Assembly (NCBI RefSeq): GCF_001194135.2
Contig: NC_068987.1
Location: 19,074,444-19,138,443 of the forward strand
Reading direction: 5' to 3'
DNA: 64,000 nucleotides
Origin: Octopus bimaculoides
Lineage: Eukaryota
Shown here: piece by piece, positions 25,871 to 40,900 of the stretch
How positions within the stretch are numbered: the stretch's first letter is position 1
Layout: each line of letters begins with the position of its first letter
The notes under the pieces: generated by a model
Seen by the model: only the letters and a program-made list of their open reading frames with translations
Databases searched by the model: none
Told to the model about the DNA's origin: nothing
Program-made: the position numbers and the translations under genes

Positions 25871-28811
25871 TGACTATGTAGAACTTACTTTGTTGACCTG
25901 TGTGCTGGTGACACTAGTCTGGTGTTGCTAATTGAGCAAACTTATGATCCAAGGAATTCCAGCCATGACCATTTCCTCTTTATTTTAGAAAGTGAATCTA
26001 GCTTTGTTGTTCAATGTGTCATAGACTTTTTAAGCCAGTAGAGTATGATTTTGATTTGAGGGAGATTTGAATGCTATTTCCAGCAGATTTAATGAATGTG
26101 CTTTCGTAGACAGTACCTTCTTATGGTTGTTGTTTAACCATAGGTCACCCTAGTGAACAGTCCTACAAACCAAAGCCTTTAGCCTGTTAGTCACATCTTT
26201 GTTTCAAGCAAAAAATATCCTGGATGTATGTCTTTCATTTGTAAGACTGCTGTTTCAAGCTGCTTGAGCAACCATGGAGGCTGTTTATATACCTTGTGGA
26301 AACACTCAAATATTTTCATATAAGCAATTTGATTTGTTCTTTACGTGATATTCATTCAATTCTGTTTAACACCTTGTGCACTCATACAGGTAGGAAAATT
26401 GCCAAATGCAGACAATGGCTTTTTTCTTATCTTTTTTTTTGTGAGTATGTGTGTGGGTAAGATGCCAATATAAAAAAAAAAAACCCATTCTCATCTGATT
26501 TGGTGCTGGCATCACAATACTAGCCCTTCACTACTGACACCACCTCTCCACCAACTTCAAAGGAATTGATCTCAGCATTTACAAGTCAGCAAAACATTCG
26601 TAAGTTATTTAATGCCAACATAAACAGCACTTCTCCATTAGCTAACAGCAACAGACACTTTTCCATTAGCTAATAGTGGCATGGCCATCTTATTTCTAAC
26701 ATTAGACCTTGGATAAAGCAATGTACTAGGGCTCATAGCATATATTTATTAACAGTAAATCACAGCATACATATATTAACGCTGGCCCCTGGATGTGTGG
26801 GGCTTTCGGGCAACTGCCCATGCATTAAGATGGTACTGAATGACAGCCTCTATACAGTTGTTTGATTTGCTAAATCAAAGCAAATCTCACTCTAATCACA
26901 TCCTAAAGGAAAGGAAGAAACTTACTAGTTATGGATGAAAAAAAAAATAGACAAAATCAAATGATCGTTGTTGAAACATCTTTGATCATAAGTCAACTTG
27001 GTTAGAGCTGATTTGGGCCTTACTAACCAATACTCCATTTTTTTTTAGTAAGATAGTGAAAAAGAAGGACAATGCCCACGAACTTTGCAGACCTTACCAT
27101 GCATTGATATACCAGATAATCATTTCAAATATCTGGTCAGTGTTAGCATGAAAAATATAAAACATGCACAGGCAAAGAGTTCTAGAAATGGCAGTTGTAG
27201 AGAGGAACAATTGAGTGAAATATTTACTGCAGGATCTGTAGGATAAGCTATAGTAGGGGTGAAAAAAGAGGACAGTTGGCTATATCAGGTAGAGATGCAG
27301 CTAGATACTTCAGATGAATAAAATTTGTTACAGTAATGGTTGAAAGAGCAGAGAGTGAAAATAGTACATCAGTGAGCCAACGTTATGATGTGTTAGTGAG
27401 AGTATCTTTGCCAGTCAGATAGCATTCTGTTGGGGTTGTTCTTGAGTGTAAGTAACTTTTCCTTTATTAAGCTGGTTCTTACATAAAATTAGAGGGAAGG
27501 TTTTAAATTGAATACTAATACTTTGAAGTGGGTTTACTATCAAAGAACCAGAGTTGGTCTCGGAAGGATTGCTTTCAAAAAGCAAATCATGTTATAGAAA
27601 CCGTGTATAAAACTTTAGTAAACAATGTGTAGAAAGGTATTATAGTGTATGAGTAATGACTAATTTCAATAATTTCTTCTCTTTAACAGCATGGTGCATA
27701 AATATATCAGGAAAAGTATCATATATATATATATATTGTAATCCTCATCATCACTTAATGTCCACCTTCTCTGCTGGGATGAGCTGGAAAATTTGATAGG
27801 TCTGAGATCTGCAATGTCTACTTTGGCATGGTTTTTACAAGTGGATACCCTTCTTAATGCCAAGAACTTAACAGAATATACTGGATACTTATATTATGGA
27901 ACCAGCACTAGTGAGGTTGCTTTGCAGCTTGCAAGACTAACATCCTTTTTCTCTCAGCGGAGTGATAAAAGAAAGTGAGGTGGCTTTATCCTATGAGATG
28001 AGTAGCTGAAATATGAATGAAGAGGCCATTGCAGAACAGTTTACTTACTGTAGAGAAGCTATATGGCTACTCACATTATGAATGAGTGGGTAGGAGTAAC
28101 TGGGGTGGAGCTGGAGAGATGAAAATAGGGATGATAAAGTGTCAAGGTGGATCCTCAAATTATGAGCTAAGGAGAAGTGAGTGGGAACAGAAGAACAGAG
28201 AATGTGGGTAGGTAGAGGTTGCTAGAGTGTATGGGAAGAGTGAGGGATGGTTAGAGATGGGGAATAAGTGAGTGGGTGAAAATAATGAATAAAGAAACAA
28301 TGGTTGTGAGATGAAAATTACACATTAGATGATAGACAGAGAAGAGCAGTTGATGACTAGAGAATGGTAGGGCTGAGGAGTGAATGTAATGAATGGGGGG
28401 ACAAGTGTGAAGGAGTGATTGATGATCCATATGAGATGAAAAGTAGTAAGGGAGAGTTGGTGATAACTGACAGTACAGAAAGAGTTGAAGAGTAACAGAA
28501 TAGAAATACTAATACAGTAAACAGAGGAAGGATGAGAGAAAGGGAGATGCTGTGTGTGAGAGGAGGTTGCAATAATGTGAGGGAGAAGTAAGTACAGAAC
28601 ATAGAAGTAGTGAGAGATGAATGATAGTGGAGAAGAATAGATAATTTTGAGGCACAGTAGGGAGATCAATGCAAAATGTAAGTGGAGAGGGACAATATTA
28701 AGAATGAAGAATGTATATTGAGTGAAATGGTACCAGGAAGGGAGAAAGACGACTAGTAGAGAAAATCTCATAAAATCCGCAATTAATGCAACAAAATACT
28801 GCAGTTAGGTA

Positions 28812-29150
28812 GGTAATAGAGCAGGTCAATAAGGTAAAGACCCCCTTCAGTCATGAATGACCATGGGATTGCACCTAGAAAGTTACCCTCTAAGGCACAA
28901 GTCTGGGCAAAGTTGTTTATGGAAGACCAGCAGTCACCCATGCATACCATCCTCCCCTCTCCATGCCACCAGTGTTATCCAAGGGAAAGGCAAACACCAA
29001 TACAGCTTGGCACCAGTGACATTGCAATTCATTTCTACAGCTGAGCGAACTGGGGCAAACGTAAAATAAAGTGTCTTGCTCAAGAACACAACTCAGTCCA
29101 GGAATCAAACTTACTACCTCACGCTCAAACTGCTGAGCCATGCACCCAGT
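28812..29150 (-). mobile_element. tRNA-derived SINE
   Basis: Reverse tRNA-like head near 29090-29145, with the CTTGAGCAAGACACTTTATTT motif shared with the 17258 copy. Confidence 0.65.
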
Positions 29151-31379
29151 GATATATGTATATATGACGGGCTTTGTACAGTTTCTGTCCACCCACAAGG
29201 CATTAGTTGGGCTAGAGTTATAGTAGAAGGCTCTAGCCCAAAGTATACAGTGGGACTGAACCCAAAACAATGTGATGTCAAAACAAACTTCTTAACCACA
29301 CATCCATGACACTGCCTACCATTCATATTGCAACCTTTAGAAAATCATTATCTACAGTCCTGTATGGTACACATTCCAGATCTTTATCTTTTATTACTAA
29401 CATGGTGGTCAAGAACAAAACTGATCCAGCAAAAGAGAATGGTCCAGTGGTGGAACAACACCAGTTTAGAAAATACAAACTATTTGGGAGCATTAAGTTT
29501 CAGGTTCAAACCCTACCGTAGTAAACCTCGCCATTCTACATGGATAGATCTACGGCATATTGCAAATAAGCTACTGAATAATCACATCAGGACATCTATT
29601 TTCTTAATTGCTTTGCCAAGGAAAGAATTAGAGTATCTTTGACTATTTCCAAGCCTTTTGAAACTAGTAGGAAAGGGAAGAGACAGGAAGTTATCCTCTG
29701 ACTAGAAATATGGCCTAAATGCTTGAAACTGAGGCAACCAAGAGACAGGTTGTGTATTAAACCAGACAATGGTTTATGTCTACCACAAATAATAGCTGGT
29801 AAATTACCAATGACTCAGCTAAAGGGCCTATAATCTTACTACTACTACAGAATACGTAGTAGTCTAGACAAGTGGATGTAGAAATACTTTTAAAGAATGA
29901 ATAGATTTTGTAAGTTAACAAAACTACATAAGGGAAATAATTTGTATAAAATTAAGGGACGTAACTCTTTACTTTGCACGCTACATAGCGCGAAAAAACC
30001 TACTTAAACTATTTTCTATTGTCTAAGGAGAAAAAAAATGAAATGAATCCAAAAAGTATTTAAGCCAGGGAACAGAAGGTTGGAGCGATTATGTTTGGAA
30101 CGCTAATCGACGGAGAAAAAGAAACTATGACCAAACACGGAACAAAAGTTGACTCACAACAGACCATACGACAACTGCCTCGTCCTGCAATATTAACTTG
30201 TGTACATGAAAGACAGGTGTACAAGGAATTACATATAATATCCACAGCACATATATAAGACACAATAAAGCACGCAATATGCCACAGAAACGTACTTAAT
30301 GTACTTATAGTTACCATATTAGACCAACACAAAGAAACAAGAGCAATGATGTACAAACAAATGCATTAGATCTACCATGGATGATATAATTCCTATATGT
30401 ACATACATATAAGTAGTTGAGCATTAATAGTGTTAGTGGCTCAGAACTCTATTTAGCCAACAGACCCTACAGAAGTAGAATGCATTGAGGAATTAATCTC
30501 AAATGTATAATATGGTCCTCAGAGGGATGCTTAGCATTTTGGAGCATTGGATCACTCCTAACAAAGACTCAAAAGTAGCACTTCACTTGTAAAATCCACT
30601 GGAAATGGTAAGTGAGGTTTATATCTACATTTGAATCTCTCCTGATCATTACGTTCATAATAAGCTTTCATATATCACCACGCCTCTCTTATCAAAGTAC
30701 CACTCTATTATCACCGTATCTCTCTTCCATCATGCCCCCATTGTAATAAGAGATGTTAATGTATGACATTTGTTTTTAACATTACACACATCTCTTTCCT
30801 CCATTACTGTCTGACCTATTGCTCATTGTCAATATCCACTTTCGTACCATCACTCCTATTCATCACTATTTACCATTCTCTCCACATTATCACTAATTCT
30901 TGATATTCATTGCTCTCTTATTTCCACCAAACTGTATCTCACTTTGTTCTCTGTCACCTCAGAACATGCCGTTTCTTTTTCTCTAACCATCACATAGCTA
31001 TCTATAAACCTCTCTTTCTCTCTCCCTTTACTATCTGCTCTATCATCGTGGTTCTTCACCTTTATGCTGCTATCATTCATTCAGTTGTTTCTTCTATCCA
31101 ATGGTCTTACCAACAACCATCATGTAGTTGTCTAATACTCTGTTGCTTCTATCAGTGTTTTGTTTTTTTACTCTTATCACCCTTAAACTCTGGCTTTCTC
31201 ACTCAATTGTATGGGAAAGAACAAATGCATGAAGACAACATAGGGGAAGAAGGGACTTCCTTTGGTTTTACCGGGAATGAACAGTGTGTGTCTGTGCATA
31301 CATATATGCTCACAAGCACATTAATTAACCACCATTTACAAAATCAAATACACTAGCATTAAGATACCTTAAGCTAGAA

Positions 31380-31638
31380 CAGTGATTCCCAAACTTTTTT
31401 GGGCTGCCACTCCCTTGACACCCAGGCCACATTCCTAGTGCCTCCACCCCAAACATTGACCTCCTTCTGAAGCAAATTCAAAGCAACTGTATTTCACAAA
31501 GAAAACTTAACCTAATGAACCCATTATTTTGTTTTTACATGAATCGCTTTCCTATTATCGACCCGGTGTTCTTCAATGCCCCCTTGGAACATTCCACCGC
31601 CCCAGGGGGAGCAATACTGCCCACTTTAGGAACCACTG
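31380..31638. mobile_element. hAT (Charlie-like) MITE
   Basis: Termini CAGTGATTCCCAAAC / TTTAGGAACCACTG; flanks agctagaa and cactagaa are a degenerate 8-bp TSD. Confidence 0.7.
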
Positions 31639-33329
31639 CACTAGAATATAATACTAGTATGCCCCCAGTCTTAAAGACATTGCTTTTAACAGTGACATGA
31701 GCTCATATGTATGACAGTTATCTGCATCTTAATGCAATAAAGTGTTCCCTGAGGATATATTGTTGTGGCTGAGTACTTGTAACCAATGCAGAGTGCCATT
31801 TGCTCTGTAGTTTATAATACTACTCAATATGGAAGTCACAAATATCTTTTACTTGCTTTAGTCATTAGACTGAGTCCATGCTGGGGCACCACCTCAAAGA
31901 ATTTTAGCCGAAGAATCAAGCCCAGTACTTATTCTATTTTTTAAAGCCAATTACTTATTCTATCAGTCCCTTTAGCTGAGCCACTAAGTTATAGGAATGT
32001 AAACACACCAACATCAGTTGTCAAGTGGTGGTGGGGAATAAACACACACACACACACACAAATTACACAACAGGTTTCTTTCAGTTTCTGATTTGCCAAA
32101 TCCACCCACAAAGTTGATTGGCCCAAGGCTATTACAAAAGACACTTACCCAAGGGATTGAACCCAGAACCATGTAGCTGGGAAGCAAACTTCTTACCACA
32201 CCTATACACACAAAAGACTTCTGTAGTTTGTCAACCAAATTCTACTCACCAGTATAATCCAAAGCTATAAGAGACACTTGTTCAAGATTGCACACAGTAG
32301 GACTGAACATGGAACCACATGATTGAAAAGTGAACTTCTTAAACTACACAGCATGATCTAAAGGAATCAATGCCACTCAACATTGATATTAAAAATAAAA
32401 AACAAATGAAAACAAAAATGCTATTTTAGTTAAGGAGAACTTAAAAAGGTTTAATAAAAGAGAGGGAAAAAAAGTTAATTTTATATATATTTACATGTGT
32501 ATACATAGAATATATATATTTATATACACATTCACTGTGTGCTTATATACACACACACATGCATGTATATGTGTGTATGTATACACACACACACATATAT
32601 GCACATACACACATTTAGAATTTTAAACAAAGAGAAATATGCAAATACAAAGTATGTTCATATGATAATAAAATTCTTAAACAGGTTTTGCTTTGTTTAA
32701 AAAATATAAACTTGTATTTGTCATTCAACTCTAAGTTAACCAACAATGTATATATATATATATATATATATACATACATATATAGCTTGTCTTTTTTTCT
32801 TACAAAAATTATTTTTGGAAATTTTTCTTTTATGACTATGTACAAAATTTGAACCAATATCCACACATTATTGCTCAGATTAAAATATAGGATATATATG
32901 TATGTATCTTATTAAGAAGACAATAAAAAAAAGATATATATATATATATATAAATGAAAAAAAAAATAATAGCTTCTAAGTCGAGGTGTGGAATTAAAAA
33001 TTTTCAAGTTTACTATAAAAATATGTGTCCATGTCTATACATATATACATCCACATATATGTAACACAAACACACACTCATAAATATTTCTTATTCATTC
33101 ATATATCAAAAGGAGATATATTGAAGTTATATGACTAAGGGTAGAGGGATATTACATCAAAGTCTGTTTTATTTTGCCCATCACAGCATGTGATATACTT
33201 AGCACAGATTATATATATGTATATACACACACACACACACACATTCATACACACAAGAACAATTCACTTTTCTTTTCTTTCTGCTTTCACAAACTTGTTA
33301 TTCACTGTTAATACCATTCAGGTTTTGTA

Positions 33330-33456
33330 CAGGGTGTCCACAAAGTCTGGGTACATGGGGATTAACACATACTTTAAGAAATTATTGTTTCTTATATTTA
33401 TTTGCTTATGTTATGATTTTATTTACTCCATGTACCCAGACCTTGTGGACACCCTG
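33330..33456. mobile_element. Tc1-type MITE, 127 bp
   Basis: TA|CAGGGTGTCCACAAAGTCTGGGTACATGG ... CCATGTACCCAGACCTTGTGGACACCCTG|TA. Confidence 0.85.
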
Positions 33457-34119
33457 TAGTAATACAGGGCTACCACTGCCTTTTTGCATAGTCTGTATCT
33501 GACTCACCTATTTTGTTTTATCAAAACTTTTATAAGAAAAAATTTGACAGTGACTTCGAAGTTTTGGTTCATCATCTTTCTCATATAGTCTGACAAAAGC
33601 AATGAAGCTCAAACTTCGAACTCACTATCAACATTTTTCTCGTTACACACACACATATATATATATGTATTGTCTTGCAGAATTTGCACTGAAAGTTTTT
33701 ATCACATATATTTATATATTTAAAAAAAAATTAAAAAATGTTCATTCAGCTCTGGTGGGATTTGAACTGGAGGATGTAAAAGGACATAACTGGTCACAAC
33801 AAGCAATTTTGTTGAACATGCTACTGCTTTCACTAGCTTATAGGAATTTCCAGCATTGAAGAATGTGTATAACCAGATGGACTCTAGAAGGATGAAAGAC
33901 AAAGACAGCCTGTAATAATGGTTTCAAATTTCGTACAAGGCCAGAAAATTCAGGAGACGGGACTAGTTGAATACATCAACCCCATTGCACAATTGGTACT
34001 TATATCATTTACCCTGAAAGAATGCAAGGTAAGGTCAGCCTCAGCAGAGTTAGAACTAAGAACGTCAAGACAGACGAAATGCTGCTAAGCAGTTTGCCAG
34101 ATGTATTAACACTTCTGCT

Positions 34120-34470
34120 GTGGAGGCGCAGTGGTTAGGGCAGCGGACTCGCAGTTTCGATTCCCAGACTGGGCATTGTGAGTGTTTATTGATCGAAAAC
34201 ACCTAAAACTCCACGAGGCTCTGGCAGGGGATGGTGGCGAACCCTGCTGTACTTTCACCACAACTTCTTCCTGTTTCTGTTGTGCCTGTAATTCAAAGGG
34301 TCAACCTTGTCATACTGTGTCATGCTGAATATCCCCGAGAACTACGTTAAGGGTACACGTGCCTGTGGAGTGCTCAGCCACTTGCATGTTAATTTCATGA
34401 GCAGACTGTTCCGTTGATCGGATCAACTGGAACCCTCGTCATCGTAACCGACGGAGTACCAACACACACA
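34120..34470 (+). mobile_element. tRNA-derived SINE with 13-bp TSD, nested in an older SINE
   Basis: TSD TAACACTTCTGCT at 34107-34119 and 34471-34483. Same family as 17849-18229. The host repeat resumes after the TSD. Confidence 0.88.
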
Positions 34471-35619
34471 TAACACTTCTGCTAGCTTACTGCCTTACAA
34501 CAAACCATGATGATAATAATAATAATATTGTTTCAAATTTTGGTGAAGCCAGTAATTTTTTAGGGAAGGGGTTAGTCAATTACATCGACCCTGGTACTTT
34601 ATTTAATCAACCTAAAAGAATGAAAAAGTTGACCTTGGTGGGATTTGAGCTCAGGATGTAAAGAACCAGAAGAACTGCTGCTAAGCATTTTGTTCAATGC
34701 GCTAACAGTTCTGCTGGTTCACCAGTTTTGTAAATAATGATAATAATTTATAACAGAAGCTCAAAGCCAACATTTTGAGAGGAATTTACAGCCAATTTAA
34801 TTGATTTCAGTACTCTTGGAAGGAGAAAATGCCCAGTCAATTTCAACAGCAGTTTTGAAATTTGAGGAGAAAGGGTTATAATGCCACAAAAAAAAATTTC
34901 TCAAAGCACTTCAGTTTGACAATTTACTAATTCTGCCAATCTATTACCTTAGAATATTAAGAGGGATTTCACTTCACAAGGTCATATATCGTTATAGGTG
35001 AACTAAACCGGTTCTTATTCAACAACTCAAGAAAGATGAAAAGTGAAGTTGACATATGGCTGGATTTGAATTAAGAATGCAAATGATGAAACAAAATACT
35101 ACTAAGCATTCTATTTGCTACTTTTCTGATTCTGCCTTTCTAAAAGTAATTTTCTGATTCTACCATTCTTGAAGTGATTGTTTGTAATTTAGGTACATGG
35201 CCAACAAATATGAGAGGATGGGAAAAGTCAATGTCATCAATCTCAGTAATTTGATTGGTACTTTATTTTTTCAACCTGGAAGGGATCTGAACTCATAAGG
35301 GACCAGAACAAACACATGGAATCTGTCTTTCAGTTTGTGGTTTGTTAAAGTGTAAGGACATGCCTGTTATTTATTTCACATACCTCGAAGGAAAGAAAGG
35401 CAAAAAGCAATCCCATTATTTATTGCTTATCCTGCACTGAATGATAACCAAAGTTTGTGTCACCATACTTTGTATGAGGAGCATGAAAAATCTCTTATTA
35501 GTAATGTTGTGATGAGGAAAAAGACCTCATTAGCTTACAGGCCAAACAGAGCCTTGTTTGTGGATTTTATAGAGGGAAATTGAAAGAAACCTGTTGTATA
35601 CGGGTCTGTATGCTCCACT

Positions 35620-35792
35620 GTCCACCCTACTACACTCTCTGAGTGGTTGGCGTTAGGAAGGGCATCCAGCTGTAGAAACTCTGCCAAATTAGATTGGAGC
35701 CTGGTGTTGCCATCCGGTTTCACCAGTCCTCAGTCAAATCGTCCAACCATGCTAGCATGGAAAGCGGACGTTAAACGATGATGATGATGATG
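35620..35792 (+). mobile_element. 5'-truncated copy of the (GAT)n-tailed SINE; further copies at about 2060-2165(+), 6672-6812(-), 41990-42098(+), 56440-56605(+), 18300-18490(+), 27690-27850(-)
   Basis: Shared GGAGCCTGGTGTTGCCATCCGGTTTCACCAGTCC...CGTTAAACGATGATG body. Confidence 0.8.
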
Positions 35793-37005
35793 ACTGTCTT
35801 AACATATTGTGATGATTATTCATTTCCAGTCTTTTGTGGTCTGAGTATAAAGAAATATTACCTAACTTGGAAACAGGCATTTAGTAAAATAAGTTTGCTC
35901 TTATTAAGCTGGTATCTGGCACGTAAATTAACATGGAATTTTGATGTAAGGTTTTTAGCTCACTTTAAAACAAAGTTTTTTTAATATACCCAGTCTTGAG
36001 TGGGTTGGTATTGAAAGGATAGACCAGTATCATCCTACAAATTAAAAAAAATATTTAGTTTATATTATTCATATCAGTTTACCTCCTGTGAAAGAAAAAA
36101 AAAATCTCCAGAAGAAAAGCAATAACAAAGCAACTATAATGTAATATACCAAGGAAGTCTTGTGGATGAAAATTTTCCACAGGGCCACTGGGCAATGAGT
36201 CAACCAACAGTCTTCTGTTAGAATGGATTGTATTTCATACAAAGTATGCCATTCTCTGGAGAGCGTTTCAGTTTCAATAAAGGAACACTTAGAATGGTTT
36301 ACAGTTATCTGCCTCTCCAAATACTTTCAATGGTTGCAATAAAACATATATATGCTTTTACTCCCCAAGGGAATTAGGGGAAAAATGGGTGGTGGCAGGC
36401 ATAGCTTGACCAAGAAACCTTTTCCCTATAAGTCTAGACCTATACATAGGGAAAAAATTGATTAGTCACCTCTGAGCAGAACTATGTTGAAAAGCATTCC
36501 AGCAGTGATCATTTTCCTTTCCACCTCAGACATTGTGTATTTAGAACTACATTATTAAATGTATTGTTTTAAGCTTGTAGAATGTGATTTGAAAAGATTT
36601 AGTTGTTAATTCTATGAGAATGAGTAACAATGTAGAGGTTCCCTTATTTTTCAACTTTAGAAAATAGCTCCCACAAAATCTTCACTGGCTACAGACACAC
36701 CAAATGCCTCCAGTAAGATCTTACTGCCTCAGTTTTTAGATTAGTCAACCATGAACTTGATAACTTTCACTATACTTATCCACATAAATCACTAGACCTT
36801 GAACCGTACTGGCTCAAGTCCTGAGACTCATAGGCTCAGCTATCTAGTTTCTATGGTGAATAAGTGACCAAGGTTATAACCCTCTCCCTAAATGAGATGC
36901 CAATCTGTAGCAGAGCCACACACATACAGCAGGGTGGACTGAATCCCAATTCAGGAATCGTAACCACCATCTGGCAATTGTGAGTTTAACACCCTAATCA
37001 TAAGA

Positions 37006-37310
37006 CAGTGGCTCTCAACCATCCTTTATCTGTGGACCCCTTTGATTACTATTTTATTGTGATAACCATTTGTTTATAAACTAGTTTTATAGATACTTTC
37101 AAAATTCCTATTTTGATTTTCACATACTAACTTGTGTAGGGTTGAACTATGTAAGACGTTAGAGAAAGAAACAGCTGTTTCTTTGCAATAAATACAGCTA
37201 AAGGAAAATCTTTTCATTCACACACAATATACTACAATGGTTCCCCAATTTACTATTTTGTTTATATGAACCCCTAAAAATCTTACACGGACCCCAGTTG
37301 AGAACCACTG
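37006..37310. mobile_element. hAT-like MITE
   Basis: Termini CAGTGGCTCTCAACC / GTTGAGAACCACTG; no clear TSD. Confidence 0.65.
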
Positions 37311-37873
37311 ATTTACACGAAGGTGAAACAATAGCCCGACTGAGTTAAGAGTGAAACTGAAAGTATTTTTATCGCCATGCTGATGAAAAATGTGTAGAAA
37401 ATACCCAACAAATCCTAAACTATTACTTGCAGACTCAAACAGAAACACTCACTCCAAACGAAAAAAAAGGTCACGCCCTAACTAACGCCAACCAACTTAT
37501 GTTTATTTCTTTTTTAATTGCAAAACTGAAAAACATCTTTCAGAAATACAACTAAATAAATCAAATGAAAAAAAATATTAGTTTAGAAAAAGGAAATTTT
37601 TTATATATTTTGTATTTTTTATTTTTTTTTTTAAATATATATATGTATACATACATACATATATACATTCATATATATATATATACATATATATGCACAC
37701 ACACATATATAAAACATTTTCAAAAGAACAGAAAAAAAAAAAAAAAATTCATTTATGCAATGTTTTAAAATTATATAAAGGATAAAAATAAATAACAATG
37801 GTATGAGTGTATATAGGAAAACAGCTATAAGCAAAATGGTAGAAGGGAAAAAAAATTCAAGAAGGGGTAAAGG

Positions 37874-37905
<32 letters not shown>

Positions 37906-40900
37906 AGAGAGAGAGAGCCCATCACCAAATTTAAAAATATATATTATATTCGGTATAATAATGGACTGTATCAGGCAGACAGCTGCATTTAGTCTTTTTG
38001 TTTTGTTTTTAAAAAATTTTTTTTATTACAGAATTATTTCATTTACTCACTAACTACACCACCATTCTACCTCTTAAAACAGAGGAATAATATACACATG
38101 TGCGTTTCAATATTTTTCATGTATTAATATGTACATACAAACAAACACTCACACTCTAACAAACAAGCGTTTTCATATACATCTGGAAGATATTGACAGA
38201 ATATTTACAAAACATGATTAAAAAAAAAAAAACCCAAAGAATAAACTCTTTACAGCACAAGCATTATTTTGGACAGATTTAAACAGTATCTTTTTATTTT
38301 ATACATTTGAGTATGGGTTGATATTACTCATAATAATAATAATAATAATAATAATTAAAAGAATACAAATGGAAGGTAAGTAGTAATGATGGTGGTAGTC
38401 ACAGTTAAATAACTGCTAGTAATAGCAATTTATTTTATTTTGGCAAATTATGCCAAAGATATTTAAGGGGTTCTGGTGTGAGAGGGGAACAGTGAGTGGT
38501 GATATTCTGATATTATTTGAATTTTAAGGAGCATTAACAATATCACTGATAGTTTCTACATAGTCAAAGAGAAAACTGTTTCTAAACAGGATGCCATTTG
38601 CTGTTTGGCACCATCACCACAACTACAACTAATTTTAAGGAGATTTGGCTAATTCTGATAGTTTTAGCAACCACAGAACTTCCTCTGGGTTTGTGACAAA
38701 AGTGGTGGTGGTTTTAGCAGGGAATGTAACAGGATCATGCCCTTGTTAGATCTTCTGCATGGGGATCAAGTCCCACATGGGAACACAAAGACATGACTTT
38801 CAGAGATATCACCAAGACAAGTTGGAACTAGACTGCCAGAGCATGAAACACAGATAAGTTCAGGTGTCACCTTTCCAAAGTGCAGCAGCACTATAAGAAA
38901 CATGAAGGGGTTTAAGAAATCAAGGAAGCTAATGATAAAACCACAGTAAACTAACAAAGAATTTCTGTATCCTTCTCGTAACATTACTATTTCTAACTGA
39001 AATTCCTTCTTTCCATAAAATTTCCTCTATCTCTCAATCTGCAGCAGCAGAATTCATAAATCAATCAATATTAGGCACCTGTTTATAATACTTCTAACTT
39101 GGACACAAACATTTTCAAGAGATATAATATAATGAGCTTATTATATACATGGCTCAGGTATGCTATGTCTTATACTAACCTTCATTTTATCTACTGATAT
39201 AAAGCAAAATTGATGCCAGAGTATTATGGTATTTATGTAAGTAAATGCCATAAGATATTTCATCTAGCTGTGCTTCATCAGATTAATGATTTTCTTTTTC
39301 TTTCTTTGCAAGGGTGTTTAAGCCTCAGAAGGAAGAAGAAAAAAATTGCTGGGGAAACATGACATTGTATTGATTTCTTTTGTAGCAGAAAAAGGATGAG
39401 GGCTGTAGATTCCAGTACTTTTATTCATTTTATCAATTCGAGAGAGTAATACCAATATAAAACTGGTAAAATTTGCACTCTGATATGCAATCATAACTCA
39501 AGAGAAAGTATGTAAAACAAATGCATGTTTTCCAGTCAGGATAAAATATATAAATGGTCTTATATACTTTGGACAATAACAACTCATTTCTCAGATTGTT
39601 GTTCATGCATTAATTTCACTAGGATTTTCAAGATATATTTGCAACTTGAAAGTAATGTTGTTTAACTGCTACAAGCCAGCTTTGGTCAAGCAAACATACC
39701 TAAAGCATTCTTGAAAAGACCATGCTATTGTTTTCCCTCCATCTCTTTCATGCTTATTCATCCTAAGCAAAAACAAATCTTGATATGAATATCACAACTC
39801 AAATTATTACAGATGTTTTTCTATGGCTGATGTATATCAGTCTATAACAATAATCAACTGTGACATGTAGAGCATATATCTCTCAACTAATGAGCCTAAT
39901 CTTAGAAGAATAGCAATATTTTTGAAAGTAGAGGAATTTCTGACATTTTAACCATATTCCAAAACCATTCGGCAAATTAACAAGCCCGCCAAATATACCT
40001 CAGCTTACATCTTACTAAAAACAATACTATATGTTATTAATTTTTCATTCATTCATTCAGCTATTAGCGCATAACCAAAAATTCTTACATATGGACAATT
40101 CAGATTTTATAATTTCATTGGGAAGTAGAAATAAAATTAAAAACAAAATTTTTTTTTGTTTTTTCAATGAAAGTCACTAAGACACTAGGGTGACATTTGA
40201 CCAATGAACTTACTGTTGTTACAGCAACACAGAAATTATCTCCCTCAGTAAATGCTTGTAAAAACTTACACCACTTAATAATAGTTATTATCAATGTTTC
40301 AAATATTGGCACAAAGCAAAAGCTGACCTAGGTGAGAAATGAACATAGAATGTAAGGAGCCAGAAAAAATACTGCAAAGCATTTTTCTGAAAGAATTCTG
40401 CCAGCTAACCATTTAAATAATAAGTTTCTGATTTATGCACAAGATCAGCAATTTTGAAGGGAATAGGTTAGACAATAGCATCAACCCCATTACTTAACTC
40501 TGTACTCTATCAACTCCAAAGCAGATTTTCCAATGCCCTAATGACTCCACCAGCTTGTCACCTTTTAATAATAATCCTTCCTACCACAGGCACAAGGCCT
40601 GAAATTTTGGGAGAAGGGGGCTAGTCAATTTCATTGAGCCCAGTGCTAGGCACTTTTATCAACCCAAAAAGGATGAAAGGCAGGCAATGTCAACGCCAGT
40701 GGAACTTGTACTCGGAATGCAAAAACAGATGAAATGTTGCTAAGCATCTTGCCTGGCATTCTAACAATTCTACCAGCTTGTTGCCTTGCCATCCTTTCAT
40801 AATAATAATAAAAATCAATATGGTTTGTGTTTTTCCAGGTCATCTATTAACATACACAGACATATCAAGGAAAGTATGTGTAAACAGATGCTATTTTATT

